NCBI GenBank assembly: GCA_973895155.1
Contig: OZ316898.1
Span: 17,660,752-17,724,751, forward strand
DNA from: Marsupella aquatica
Taxonomy: Eukaryota; Plantae; Marchantiophyta
Reading direction: 5' to 3'
Length of the DNA: 64,000 nucleotides
Part shown: one piece after another, positions 13,844 through 26,048 of the stretch
Position numbering within the stretch: the stretch's first letter is position 1
Layout of the letters: the number at the start of each line of letters is the position of its first letter
The notes under the pieces: model-generated
What the model saw: only the letters and a program-made list of their open reading frames with translations
Database searches by the model: none
What the model was told of the DNA's origin: nothing
Made by a program: the position numbers and the translations under genes

Positions 13844-14619
13844 GTTTGGGTTTCTAGAGATAGTGGCAAGAATCATAATCTGAACAATATAACGAGCAAG
13901 TGCGGATTCGTATGAGAACTATCACCAGCCATGATAGAGGCATCAAGTTGCTTGCTCAAGGAGTTTTGTGTAGGCGTTTGGGCACCAAGGGTACTTAGGC
14001 AAGAGTACTGGGATCGGTGAGGGTGCTGGGTGGCTAGGCCCACCACTAAGGATCAATGACATGCGAGCTTTCCCATACGATGTTCTAACAATCCTTGGTT
14101 GTTTTGACCTTTGAGTAAGGGCACGTGTTAAGTTACCACTAGAGCCTCTATTTAACCATATCTCACTGTATTAAATTACGTGGTAATGCAGAGTGCTCAT
14201 ACCAAAAAACTCATCTGCTTGTGTATTTCTGCTGCGCCTCTTAACACCCGTCAAATATGTATTTGTGGCATGCCTACACTAGACCATTTGATCTGATATA
14301 TGACTCAAATTGTAGATCTCAATGAGATATATAATTAGGAAAAAATAGCGTCCCAAAATACCTAGTATCCAAGTAGAAAACAGACAAAAACAAATGTTGC
14401 ATCCCATTCATTAGCAGTGTTTTTGAAATTCAAAATAATTCGGGTAGATACTAGCAGGGACAATACAAAGTGAATTGCCATAAAGGACGTATGTAAGATC
14501 TCTGCACTCATTATGTAGCATGTCAAGGGAGTGTCAGGACGAGTACAAAAGGCTATCCCAAAAGGCTGTCCTTATGAATGAGAATTTTGAGAAGGTTGGG
14601 GAGGTTTTGAGAACAATCT

Positions 14620-14963
14620 TGTTAGGATTTACTCTTAGGTCTAGAGTAACAACTGTACCGTAGTTAGGGCTAACCTTAGTTGCAAACTAGGTCAGGTTAG
14701 TCATGTTGTGCACACACTATACCCAAACAGTGTTTGCTTGGAGAAAAGGAACTCGGGCTCATTGTTACTAAGCCAGTTGAGAGATAGGGAGAGCTATGCT
14801 ATGGATGCTTGGTATGGGCGGTCGGCCTAGAGTGTAGTAAAGCTCTTGTGTGTTCCCGTGGACGTAGCCTCATGTGGAGGTGAACCACGTATTTCTCGGT
14901 GCCAATACTTGTGCATTAGATGATTCATGTGCTTGCTGTTGCGATTGTTGTCTATGCTCAACA
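14620..14963 (+). mobile_element. Solo LTR (344 bp), Copia-like, distantly related to the LTRs at 43094 and 58918
   Basis: TGTTAGGATT...CTCAACA termini with a perfect 5-bp TSD AATCT (14615-14619 and 14964-14968). Shares the block GTGGACGTAGCCT...GAGGTGAACCACGTA with the Copia LTR at 58918. Confidence 0.85.
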
Positions 14964-17384
14964 AATCTTAGCTCATTGGAAATTTGAAAAAGAAGAAGCT
15001 CCCAAGCAATTTAAGCCTCATATGAAGTTTCTTGTATAAATCATGTATATTGATGCGTCCGTCAAATGCAGGATCCTAGGGCTACCATGGATGTATGAAA
15101 TTTTGAATTGGACAAGGATACTGTATAAAAAGCTTGGTTGGTGAACTTGTAGATAGTCTTAGTTGTTGTCTCTGTAGGGTCGTTCCAATTTTCTCCTTTC
15201 CCATCTTATGTTGTGCGCTGGTGTTTTGTGAAAGGATCTAAAAATTGCACCAAATTAATGCCATTAATTACCTGTCCCCTCAAAGTTGGTTATCAATATC
15301 ACATTTTGTATTAGCTTTCTTACTCTTCAATAGCCCATATGAATTTTGTGACTATTGGTATGTTCAGTCTGAACATAGAGGGAATTGAAGGTAACAATTT
15401 ACTTATGTTAAGTCATGGACCGATTCTTTATTATCAGCAGGGTGGGGATTGGCACCTGGTCTATGTCTTACCTTTCTCTAGTAATCTTTTTAGGTGTTTT
15501 TTTAATTGAGGCAACCCGTCAGTTTTTTACTTTGTTTACTATAGTGTTTGGGATGGACAGTCCTATCTTTCTCTAGTAATTTATCATTTTTTTTACTTAG
15601 GCAACACATCAGTTTTTTACTTTGTCTACCATGATGTCTGGTATGAATCGAGCCTCCTGATCTTCCTAGTAGATTTCATAAACATCCTCCTCGAGGTGTT
15701 GGTCCTTCGAGACCGAAGTACCCAAGTGATGACATGGAACATAGGAAGTGGACAAGGCCCAGATGCCAAGCCACCAATCCAGTCCCATTGGAGCGACGGG
15801 ATGAGTGGGAGGGTCTCAGGGGTTTATTGGGGGATGGCCTGAATACAACACACGCTACAATTGTTCACTGGTTTTGTTCACTGGTTGCCTGACACTTGTA
15901 GAGTTCAAATTGATGAGTTGAGGATGTAGGGAGCAAATGAGGCAGCAACAATGCAACATCACGCATTGGCACCTGGGGTAGAGAGACCAGAACCATCAGT
16001 TGCACCCGGCACTAGGTCATGTTTGATCTCAATTCAGACCTACAGTAGTTAGAGGAGGAGCCAGATGTAGGTTCCTCTGGGATAATGCCTTCTTGTCTCA
16101 TTTTCATTGGATAGATGTATCACTGTTTTCGGTGTTGTGTCCAACGTCACTGAAACTATGTATTTCTCTTACATTGTACATTGTAGAAGCCTATATACCC
16201 AAAATGGAATTAATTGTACACTAGTCTTCGAAATGGATTTTGGTCTTCCTAATGGATTTTCAATGGAAAACTTTTTATTGTTTTTTGTATTGTTTCAAAT
16301 TCAAATTCAAGTCACACAATTCACTTCTCCTTTGTGAGCCTAACAATTGCGATACATTGTTAGGACTCTTTGCATGAGCAACAACCCTCACATGATGAGG
16401 GAGGACCCGGGGGAGGACATGAAGATGTTTCCCCTGACCACCGTGTCTCAGGTCCAACCAATGAATGACTACTTAATTATATATATGACATTGTTAGATG
16501 TATCATGCTAATTATATACCCAAAATACTATGTCACTCGCATAATATTTCTCGGGCACATTGTTTTAGACTATCTCCAACAATTACTAACATGTCATGCA
16601 GGATGACAATGACTCCATCAGGCATGATAGACTACTTTGGAGTTGAAGGGGAGGACATCATACCTTTGGATGGATGTGACGACGTAGATGTTTCAGTTGC
16701 TCTAGGGGTTGAGGTATGCCATGCCTCAATTTTTCTATCCATTTTGTACTACAGAATTTTGACTTTTAACTGATCCGCTTGTTTTGTGGTTGCAAATCTC
16801 AAGCTCGAGCTTTCATTGTCAAGATGATGCACCGTCCATTATTCAGGACTCTCGACCTTTACCAACAACACAGGTCATAGATTCTCGAAGGGAATGTAGT
16901 AATAGATTCTCAGCCTCCAATTGTCCCCCCTTCTGTTGCAGATACTAGTAGAATTAGATTTGCACTTCATGTTCCTGCTAGAGTAGGGTTTTTGGAGCGT
17001 CTTTTGGTACATACTTTGGTAGACCAACTCCTTCCTACATGTCATATATTTGGATGTCCTCTTACTCCTCGAGTAGAGCATATCCATGGATTGCAGCAGG
17101 TATGGTCCATTCACATTAGTTGTGGTCAAGAAGGTCATGGGTGGACTTTCATTACTAGTGAGATGGATCCAAGATAATCAGGGCACACACATGATTACAC
17201 CTATGTTATATCATTCTACATTGTGCACTGGTTTGACCTATACCATTGGCCTTAGTCACTTCACATTTAGTATTACATGTTCCTAGTCTACATCATTTGC
17301 ATGACTTCCAGACTGGCCACGGAGGAGGGAGAACCCGAGTCCTTTGTGTTCTAGGCCCAATCTCCCTTACCAAGTGGTTCTCAT

Positions 17385-17818
17385 CTTTACATCTTACAGA
17401 CTCCGTTCCTTTCCTTTGCCTTACTTGTAGAGTGGAGTAATGTGACTTTACATGTTACAGACTCAATTCCATTCCTTTGCCTTACCTGTAAAGTGAGCTT
17501 TACATGGTTACAGACTCCGTTCCATTCCTTTGCCTTACCTGTAAAGTGGAGTAACATGACTTTATATGTTACAGACTCCGTTCCGTTCTGTTGCCTTACC
17601 TGTAAAGTGGAGTAAAGTGAATTTACATGTTACAGAATCCGTTCCGTTCCTTTTGCCTTACGTGTAAAGTGGAGGGGACTTTACATGACTTTACATGACT
17701 TTACATGTTACAGACTCCGTTCCGTTCCTTCGCCTTACCTGTAAAGTGAAGTAACCTGACTTTACATGTTACAGACTCCGTTCCGTTCCTTTGCCTTACC
17801 TGTAAAGTGGAGTAACGT
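17385..17818. repeat. Tandem array of ~61-bp units (~7 copies) upstream of the CRAL-TRIO gene
   Basis: Unit CTTTACATGTTACAGACTCCGTTCCGTTCCTTTGCCTTACCTGTAAAGTGGAGTAA(C/T)RTGA repeated head-to-tail, with an internal 10-bp sub-repeat near 17678-17707. Confidence 0.92.
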
Positions 17819-18458
17819 GTCCGTCGAGGCGATTGTACATTGGGAAGGCCGAAACCCGATGCTGAGAGCGTTGCTGTCTCTCGTGTCGTTCGTTCTTTCG
17901 TCCGCGAAGAGCACGATGATGATTCAAGTTATGCCCGAATAAAATTGATCGATGCAGTTTACGCAGACTGTAACTTCTCTCTTGCGCTCTTCACGTGGAG
18001 CACGAGACAGAGGATTATGGTGTTGTGATTGGTGTGGTGTGGGTTCGGATGGGATGGTAGGGACTAGAGAGTAGGCACACTTTGAGCACTACAGTGCTGG
18101 TGCTGGTGCTGCTTCTCCGACTTGGCCAATGGCACGGCAGGTGATGAGATTGAGTAGAGGCGTAGGAGGAGCAAGATGATTGACCTATTGGAACATTTAA
18201 AAAACGTCGATTAGAATCTGCCAGGATGACGATGCGGGCCTGTTCAACGAGGATTTCGCAGGGAACTGGTGATGTTTGTAGTCGCATGGACGGGCTGTGA
18301 TTTTTGAAATGAAATTCTGTTGTGGAATCCTCGGACTGGGAGTTTCCGCTTTAAAATTGGAGAGGCTGTGAAGGATTTGGGTAAACGGCCATCGTGTACT
18401 GTAGAAGGAAAGTGGCGCCGCGTTCGGCCTTGTCTCGGCCTCTGTTGTTGTCGATGCC

Positions 18459-21400
18459 ATGGCGGCAGCAAGAGGGCCGAGGAAGGCGCGGAAGGACGAG
18501 CACCACCCTATGACGAGCAGCTTCGACGGAGGAGATGGCTTGAGATCATCTTCAAGGATGGATGGAAAGAAGAGGGAGAGCATTTCGGGGAGTAAATTCG
18601 TGGGCAGGGATGTTGGATCGAGCAGAGTGAGGAGCCAGCAGGCTAAGGCAACAGAAGATAAAATTGCTGCTGCTCAAGTACCTGTGAGCGAAACCAACAG
18701 GTTTTCCTCCGTTTCTTTGCCCCGAAGGCTTTTGAGAACGTCCATGGCACCAATCCTGTCTCTGACGAGGGTTCGTATCACAAAAGCTTCCACGGGGCAA
18801 TTTGTCGTGTTTTTACTGAGGGTTGCCGCCTTAGAGGCTGTGAGGAGAGTATCCCTTAGGGGCAAGTGTCCGCAAGTTTGGTGGGGACTCCAAGGGATCT
18901 CTCTGTTGAAAGCTCCACCATTTAGCTGGTTTCTGCGATGGGCTCCTTTGCGACACCTTGTGGAAGGAACACAGGTTGGTTATGCACTGCTGCTTCTATA
19001 GACTTTGATGTTGCCGCGGCCACTCAAATGGTTCGCTTCCGTCACTCCTTGCTAGATTCGATAGAGTGATCCATTCCAGCTATGTGCTAATTTGATTTTT
19101 CCTGTTTTATTGTTGGTTAGAGTTCACGTCTCACGTCCGTGACGACTCCCCTCGTCGTCCATCTCTTTTGGTGGGTATTGGTGGGGGGACGTCACGGTAC
19201 ACATCTTCGAGTTGACTGGGGGTTATCTCTAGTTCGAAGAGAATTTAGAAGACGAACTGTCCTGTCCTGTTAATGTTGTGAATTTTGTAAGAAAACAATT
19301 GGCTCATTTGCGGCATCAATTGTGCCGTAGCTTTCTCTCATTTGCTTGACCTTGCTGAATTGGAATTTAATTGGCTACGAACTTAGTCCTGTTTTTCTTT
19401 TGTTTTGCAGAGCTTTTCCAAACCATTGATTTTTCTCTCTCTTGCAACAGCTGTTTCTAGTGCTATAGATGAATATCAACAAGCTTCTGATCCTGACGTG
19501 CTGGACAGAGTGTTAGCTCCTCCGCAAGATCCACAGGTGGAAAGGTAAATCTCGTCATGTATCTGATGATGGGTAATTGCCTGTATTATTGTATTCCCTA
19601 CCACAAGCTGAAGCACTTACAATGAGCTGAGTTGAAAGCTACTGGACAACTTATCCCTTGCATTGAACATGAAACTTGAAATGGGAAGAAATCTCTGGGC
19701 TTAAGAATCAGGACCTGCAGTCAAGGACTGATGTTCATTTCCGTGATTAATGATTATTTCAGTAATTTGGTTTGTGTTTTATGAGGTTGGAGAAGCCATC
19801 TCTTTTGCCCACAAGTATACTTAAGCTGCCTGTAACGGATCTTTCACATCACAGGATTGTCGTTCGTTATGAAAGTGTAGAAAGATGTTCGCTGAGCATC
19901 CTAAACATGGGTCCACTTCAGAAAAAGACTGAACTCTTTGGTGCTCACACAAATTTGCCACACACCAATTTGGTGCAGGACTAGAGCTCAAGTTTCCGAA
20001 ACAAGACCGACCGAGACAATGAATGACCTTAGGCAAGTCCTGGAGTCAGGAAAAGTTGAGGTGCCAGAAAGGTACGCAGAAACCCCCTAGCAACTCTTAC
20101 ATTGTGTCTAGAACTTTGCGTCGAACTGTACGCTAGAAGTGAAGTTTGCTACTTATGTGCTACAATGGGGTAGGTTTGAGTGCGCACATTACTCAACGCT
20201 GTCCACAGGAAATAAAAGTTTGTATCCAAAAGAGAAAAGAAGGAAAAATGAAATAGAAGACATGTGCAGGTGCGCTGCAGGTGTCAATCGAACATTTGCC
20301 TAAAATTTGTGTTTGAGGCTTTCCATGATAGTAAGGAAAGTCATGACTGTCATCTGCGTTGGACGTATAACGAGCAACCGTATGTGCCAGGACAAACAGC
20401 TTGGAAGGGTAGAATTTTCCTGAGACGCTTTTGATAGGCTCGATTTTCGGTTGTATACTAGGTGTTAGGACAGTGTATGAGCCTACCTGCTTCAAAGTTT
20501 AGGAGAGTTTCGGCTTTGAACGTGTATTCGACATACATATAACCAGTATCTGACCCACTGAGGTAGCGAAGGTCTTCGTGTTATATTACTGTTGATACCT
20601 AGAGGCATGAGGATGAGTATAGTAAGCAGTTTTTTTGGATTTTGCTTAGGCTTTCAGGTCAGGAACTGGAAAATTTCTTTATGGCCGCAAATGGGAGTGT
20701 GAAGAAATTTGTTGCCAAAGTGCAAAGGACCATAAGCTGGAGGCGGACATACTACTTTCTAACCAGTGAAGAGTTGAAGCAATGGTCATATCTTGTCGAC
20801 TGGCATGACGTTGATGCCAAACTCAGGCCTACTCTTGTCATTCGTCTTGGTCCTGCATATGCCACCCTCCCAGCCGATGAGCGTCCTCGTTTCTGCCAAG
20901 CTGTGGGTGAGTAGTGACCGTCCTTTTTACCGTGCGTGCTCCATATCTTCATCTTTAGCTATTTTTGTTCCGAGCATGTCATGAGAAGTGCACTGTTTGA
21001 TTCCCTCCTTGCCTCTAATAGTGTCGCAGGTGGAGTACGGTGTTCTTCACCTTCTTAATGAAGTGGACCCGAGGATTACCGTCATAATGGACTGTAAGGG
21101 GACAACTGCCATTGGATTCCCAGTGCACATGATGAAGACCTGTGCTGTGCTCGTACAAGACAACTATCCAACACGGCTAGCTTGTCTTTTTGCTGTCAAC
21201 CTTCCTCCTGTTGTGAAAATTGTTGCCAATGCTGTCATTCAGGTATGATTGTTAGTATCAGTAGCACTTGGCCTGATGTGATGCTGCTGTCAAAATTTGC
21301 AAGGCTTTCCCGCATCTAGTCAAGTTCAAGCTCGCAACTAGCTCGGTTGGTATTTTTTGGTGTTTTGGCACGGGATCTGACAACGAATTTTTCCCAAATT

Positions 21401-21804
21401 TCTTCAACCAGGTTGTGGGCCAGACTACGCGTGAGAAACTTAATCTGCTCGGAGATGTGTATTTGACGGCACTTTCAGAACATCTTGGTGGGACGGACAA
21501 GGTGCCTGCACGCTTAGGGGGAGCCTGCCATTGTTCAGACTGTATGGTAGAAAGGACATCAGGCGGAGCAGTTCACCGAGTCTCTCAAGATAACAATGTT
21601 TTTAGTTATGGTCAAAGGAGACTTGAAATGGAGTTTGTAGAAGATGAGACTGCTGACCCAGGACATGGATTTCAAGAGGATGTTTTTAGCGGTTACCAGT
21701 CCTACTATAATGTCTTGAGAATAGCAATCGTAGGTTTTCTTATGCTTTGGGCTTTGATTGCTCTGGCGGCGGGTGTGCATGAACCTGAACTTCATCCAAC
21801 TTGA
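18459..21804 (+). CDS. Sec14/CRAL-TRIO lipid-binding domain protein with C-terminal transmembrane anchor
   Basis: Exons 18459-18974, 19411-19544, 19979-20071, 20650-20906, 21022-21242 and 21412-21804 (GT-AG, phases consistent). CRAL-TRIO motifs WHDVDAKLRPTLVIRLG, ITVIMDCKG and LVQDNYPTRLACLFAVNLP; hydrophobic C-terminal segment IAIVGFLMLWALIALAAG. Confidence 0.85.
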
Positions 21805-23012
21805 GGGACATGTTGAAGTACTTCCACTCCAGCTGTATGATATTGCTAGACTTTTGTATTTTCAGGAACTAGGTGTTTATCAACACTGAATTTCAGAGTC
21901 TTCTTGAAAAAGCATATAACCTTGTTATGTCTGTGGCTTCAACATCTGTAATTTGTTGTGAAGACTTTCTTTTACCAGTGGTAGCTGTCTATCACATGCT
22001 CCTAGTTTTGAGTATGTCTCACGTGGCAGGAAGGCGTTCCGTCCGACCCAATTTCGAAGTTTCTACTGAAACTGTAAAGAGAGGAAGATAACTTTTTCTG
22101 ATAATGATTGACTGTTGTTCCCGGAGGTTGGTTGTAAGGTATGTTAAGTGAGGGCCAGTCAGGTGAACATTGGCCATCTTCCAGACTGCAAATTGCTACA
22201 TGTCCACTAGTTTCTCGTCAGGTGTCTGGATGATAGATATTCGACCTTCGTTGCCTGAAGTTCCATTGCAGGTTTTGACGAAACAAGGTGGGAGTATGTC
22301 GGACCATCTGAGAGGATTCGCAATGAGAGTACATCCAATTTGGGCGTGCAGACGTGTAGAAGTTGATTTGAACTAAACGGGATATCCTTTTGTATTAGTG
22401 TATCGCTGTTATGTCTCGTCACAGGGAGGAGGTGCATTCCATTGTGGCTCACCTCTGGGAGGATGAACACAGAATTTCTCGGGATAGCGACCGCTTGTTG
22501 AGCAGACAGATCAGGGTGAACTTGATGGCCAGACTCTTCATTGCGTCTTGTAAACCTGCAACATATGAAAGGCTCGGGCAAATTCATGCAGCCCATGTGT
22601 CAAAATGATAGCAGCGAAACGCATCAGGTGGAAATATTATCCGGCCAGTAGTCAGAATGAATTGGTTTGAGTGTGTTTTCGAACTTAACTCTTCAAATTA
22701 ATCTTGAGAAGAAACCTTGAATTATCATCAGGCAATGTAGGTTCTTGAACAAAAGATGGAGTTCTTCAAGAAATGTTTCTTTACGGGGAAACGGTGTCTT
22801 CATTGTTAAAAATTGGTCTGGTTGGACTAAACATGTTGTGCTTGAAGTACGTTGTGGTCTTGGAGGAGTTCACGCAACAGCTCTGTTTTGTATGGAGATT
22901 GGTGAACATTTCACGAGGATCGGTTTTAGATTGTTATAGTTTATATACGAAAATTTTGTACTTCGAACTAAATATGCCATATATCTAGATTGATGGGTGT
23001 ACGATTCACTTT

Positions 23013-23510
23013 CAAAACAACGTGTGAATTGTAGAAAATAAATGCCCTTAGAAATACAAAACCAAAACTAGCGAAAGTCTCTTCAGTAGGTGCAATAGAG
23101 TGAGTTATCACAGTCATGGCAAGCCTGCGAACTTCGTGTGTCTGCCTTTCCAGGGTGTACAGGAGAATGAGTTTTTCAGTTACCAGGAAAGAGGGCATGC
23201 ACGTTTCAAAGCAAGGTGTGAATGTAGAAAATAAATGCCCTTAGAAATACAAAACCAAAACTAGCGAAAGTCTCTTCAGTAGGTGCAGTAGAGTGAGTTA
23301 TCACAGTCATGGCAAGCCTGCGAACTTCGTGTGTCTGCCTTTCCAGGGTGTACAGGAGAATGAGTTTTTCAGTTACCAGGAAAGAGGGCATGCACGTTTC
23401 AAAGCAAGGTGTGAATGTAGACAAGAAATGCCCTTGAAAATACAAAACCAAAACTCACGAAAGTCTCTACGGTAGGTACAGTCGGAATGAGTTACCACAG
23501 TCATGGCATT
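23013..23510. repeat. Tandem ~193-bp direct repeat (two near-identical copies plus a degenerate third)
   Basis: Units start near 23013, 23207 and 23400. The near-identical minus-strand ORFs 22968-23198 and 23206-23451 reflect the duplication. Confidence 0.9.
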
Positions 23511-24669
23511 CCCCTGCACTGGGGATGTCGTCCTTTTCTGCTAGGTACAGTAGAAAGCGTTACCACAGTCATGGCAGTCCTGCCAACTGCAGATGTCTTC
23601 TTTTGAACTACGTACAGTGGAATGAGTTACCACAGTCACGGTAGTCCCCCAAAGTACAGATGTCTTCCTTTCTATTTCCAGAACAAAAATGCCAAACTGG
23701 GAGACAAGTTCCCAAAAGCAAAACAACCCAATAGAGGGCAAAAGGAGAGGAAAAAACCAAGAGAAAATCTTCACAGGAACATAAACTCACAAAGTCCATA
23801 TGGTAGGTACAATAGACTGAGTTACCACAGTCATGAGAGTCCCATGTGAAGAGAAGCTACTTTTAAGGCCTATGGTTTAAGCGAAGACCCTAGGTTGTAA
23901 CTCTCAAGAAGGACAAAACTTAAAATGAGAGTGGTAAAAAACAAGGAGGGGACAAAGATGAACACAAGTGACATTGACTCCTAATATAGACAAAACCTAA
24001 ATAAGGGTGGACAAAAACCTGGGACAGGGCAAAACTAACATGAAATAACATAGAATTTTTGTTATGGAAGATGTTCAGAGAAAGGGTAATGGGGCTGAAC
24101 TACAGTCCCAGGGGCTGGTGAACTACAGATGTGTTCCTTCCCAGTAACTACAGCAAAGAGATATATCTCAAACTGCCAAACACAAATGGCGGCCAACTGG
24201 GAGACATGATCCCTCAGGCAACACAGACCCAATTAAGGGGGACAACCAAAGGGCCAGGAAAGGCCATGAAGCAAAGAAACAAGAGAACAACAGCAGATCT
24301 AAGGGCTGTCTTGCATGTGATGGTCCTTGGAATTCCGGCCCTCTACACTCCCTAACATGCAGTGAACAGTAGATTTGGTTTGTCCACAAAATATCTGCGA
24401 ATCATATATGTGATTTGCTCTTGCAAAGTAAAGTTATTTATTTGTTATGAAATTTGAAGGTCTTGAAGGGAAGGGCTGGAAATGTTGCTGCCCTTGAACT
24501 AGTTTTCCTCAAATGCTGCCTTCAGGCCTGCCTAGGGAGATGGTCAGGCATGAAGCATTCACTCAATGATATGGTGACATGAGTGAATGAAAGGGCCGGT
24601 TTTTCTAAAGACCCTGCACATGCAAGACGACCTTTAAACCGAGAGATATGCTTAGTAGACCCCCTTCTG

Positions 24670-24816
24670 GAAAAAGTTTGTTTAATCAACCCCCACTATA
24701 CTTTCGCCAATCTGGATCGTTGATGGACCTTCCGATCTCAGATCTGGATCATTAATAGACCTCAGGGGGTAGATCAAGTAACAAGTTTCATTTTGGGGGT
24801 TGATCAAACAAATACC
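24670..24816. mobile_element. Small MITE remnant (Mutator-like), same family as 50812-50966
   Basis: TTTGTTTAATCAACCCCCA is inverted relative to TGGGGGTTGATCAAACAAAT. The right arm TCAGGGGGTAGATCAAGTAACAAGTTTCATTTTGGGGGTTGATCAAACAAATACC resembles the right arm of the 50.8-kb element. Confidence 0.55.
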
Positions 24817-24956
24817 TCCTAAAACCTAGAAGCCCAAAAAGGTAAAGAGGGTTACCACAGTCATGGCAGTCCCACGAACTGCGGATGTCTAACTTTTCTA
24901 AGACCCTGCACATGCAAGACTACCCTAAAACCCAGATACCCCAAAAAAGGTAACGA

Positions 24957-25046
24957 GGGTTACCACAGTAAAGATGGTTACCACAGTAAATAGGGTTACC
25001 ACAGTAAAGATGGTTACCACAGTAAAGAGGGTGACCACAGTCATGG
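24957..25046 (+). repeat. Five 18-bp tandem repeats (GGTTACCACAGTAAAGAK) upstream of NRPB2
   Basis: Directly visible. The same GTTAYCACAGT core recurs near 23104, 23297, 23491, 23559, 23626, 23821 and 24850. Confidence 0.9.
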
Positions 25047-25174
25047 ATGTCTAACTTTCCTTTCCCCAGTTTCCAGGAAAGAGGAAAAACTTTACTGTAA
25101 CGTACTTTCACTCGTCCAGTTGCTCGGCCATCATTCTCCTTCCTGTCCAGTCCAGTCACTCGACCCCTACGGGG

Positions 25175-25180
25175 TATAAA
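25175..25180 (+). promoter_or_regulatory. Candidate TATA box of NRPB2
   Basis: TATAAA in GC-rich context (GGGGTATAAATGACG), ~130 bp downstream of the 18-bp array and ~870 bp upstream of the NRPB2 ATG. A likely 5'UTR intron acceptor (TTCCAG) ends at 26040. Confidence 0.4.
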
Positions 25181-26048
25181 TGACGCGAGAGCACTCGCGC
25201 CATCGCCATTTTCCACATCCCTCGTCGCCCAACAACGAAAATCCCGCGTCGTCGGACACCTTCCGAGGATTGTTCGCCAAATTCGTCGTGTGGGTCTTTT
25301 GTAGAGTGTGATGGTTGTTGTCCTCCGAGGAACGGACTCAAGGAGTGGAACACGGAAAGCCCTGCTTCAAAGCCGCCAAGGGAGTCTCCACTCTCTCACA
25401 AAGCTGGTCACGGAGGAAATGGAGGATCGGAGGAACGGAAGGGAATGAGCTGCTGTAGCTTGGGAGCAGAAGATTTGCTCCGAGGTGCCGACTGAGTCTC
25501 AAATCTCCCTAGGAACTTGTTCTCTCTATTTCCGGGGGAGCAAAACAAAACGAAAGAAGGAAATCAAGAGAGAAAGAAAGAAAGCAGAGCAGAGCAGGGT
25601 AGGGAAGCTCGGCGCCCAGAGCACGACCCACCGAATGACGGAGGCAGAGTTGAGAAGTATCTGTGTTTGTTTGACTATCGTGCGACTCGAGTGTGCGAGA
25701 GCGAAGCACAGGTGATTGTAGTTTATGTGACAAACAGTGCGGTGGAAGTAAGCTGTTGATGTGACTGAGGAAGCGTGCCCTAGACGGAAGCTGTCTTGTA
25801 GAATTGCAGGTTTAAACAAGTATTGGCGCGATTTCAAGTGCATGGGGACACAGTGAGAACAGCTTTGGTGGTCTTTCTGGAGCAGAGCGCAGCACCGAAC
25901 GTGGTTGTGAACAGCTGGGTGGTGGTGCTGCTACATTTGAGAGTTTGACATCGCTCGAGCGGGTGTGGATGTAGTGGAATAGGGTGGTGGATGCGGATGT
26001 GGATGCTACACTTTACGTGATTGATTGTCGTCACTTCCAGTCTGCGAA

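Noticed and set aside
17385-17818. CRISPR-like appearance of regularly spaced repeats (also 24957-25046 and 50641-50782)
   Set aside because: Units are contiguous with no unique spacers, there are no cas genes, and the context is spliced eukaryotic genes.
22140-22620. Possible extra exons or small gene downstream of CRAL-TRIO
   Set aside because: Splice-like sites exist, but I could not assemble a recognisable reading frame.
22968-23451. Two near-identical small minus-strand ORFs as a peptide gene pair
   Set aside because: By-product of the 193-bp tandem duplication, with no coding signature.
26025-26048. ORF-track start of NRPB2 (MSSLPVCE)
   Set aside because: TTG start overlapping a probable splice acceptor; the ATG at 26049 fits the acidic RPB2 N-terminus.
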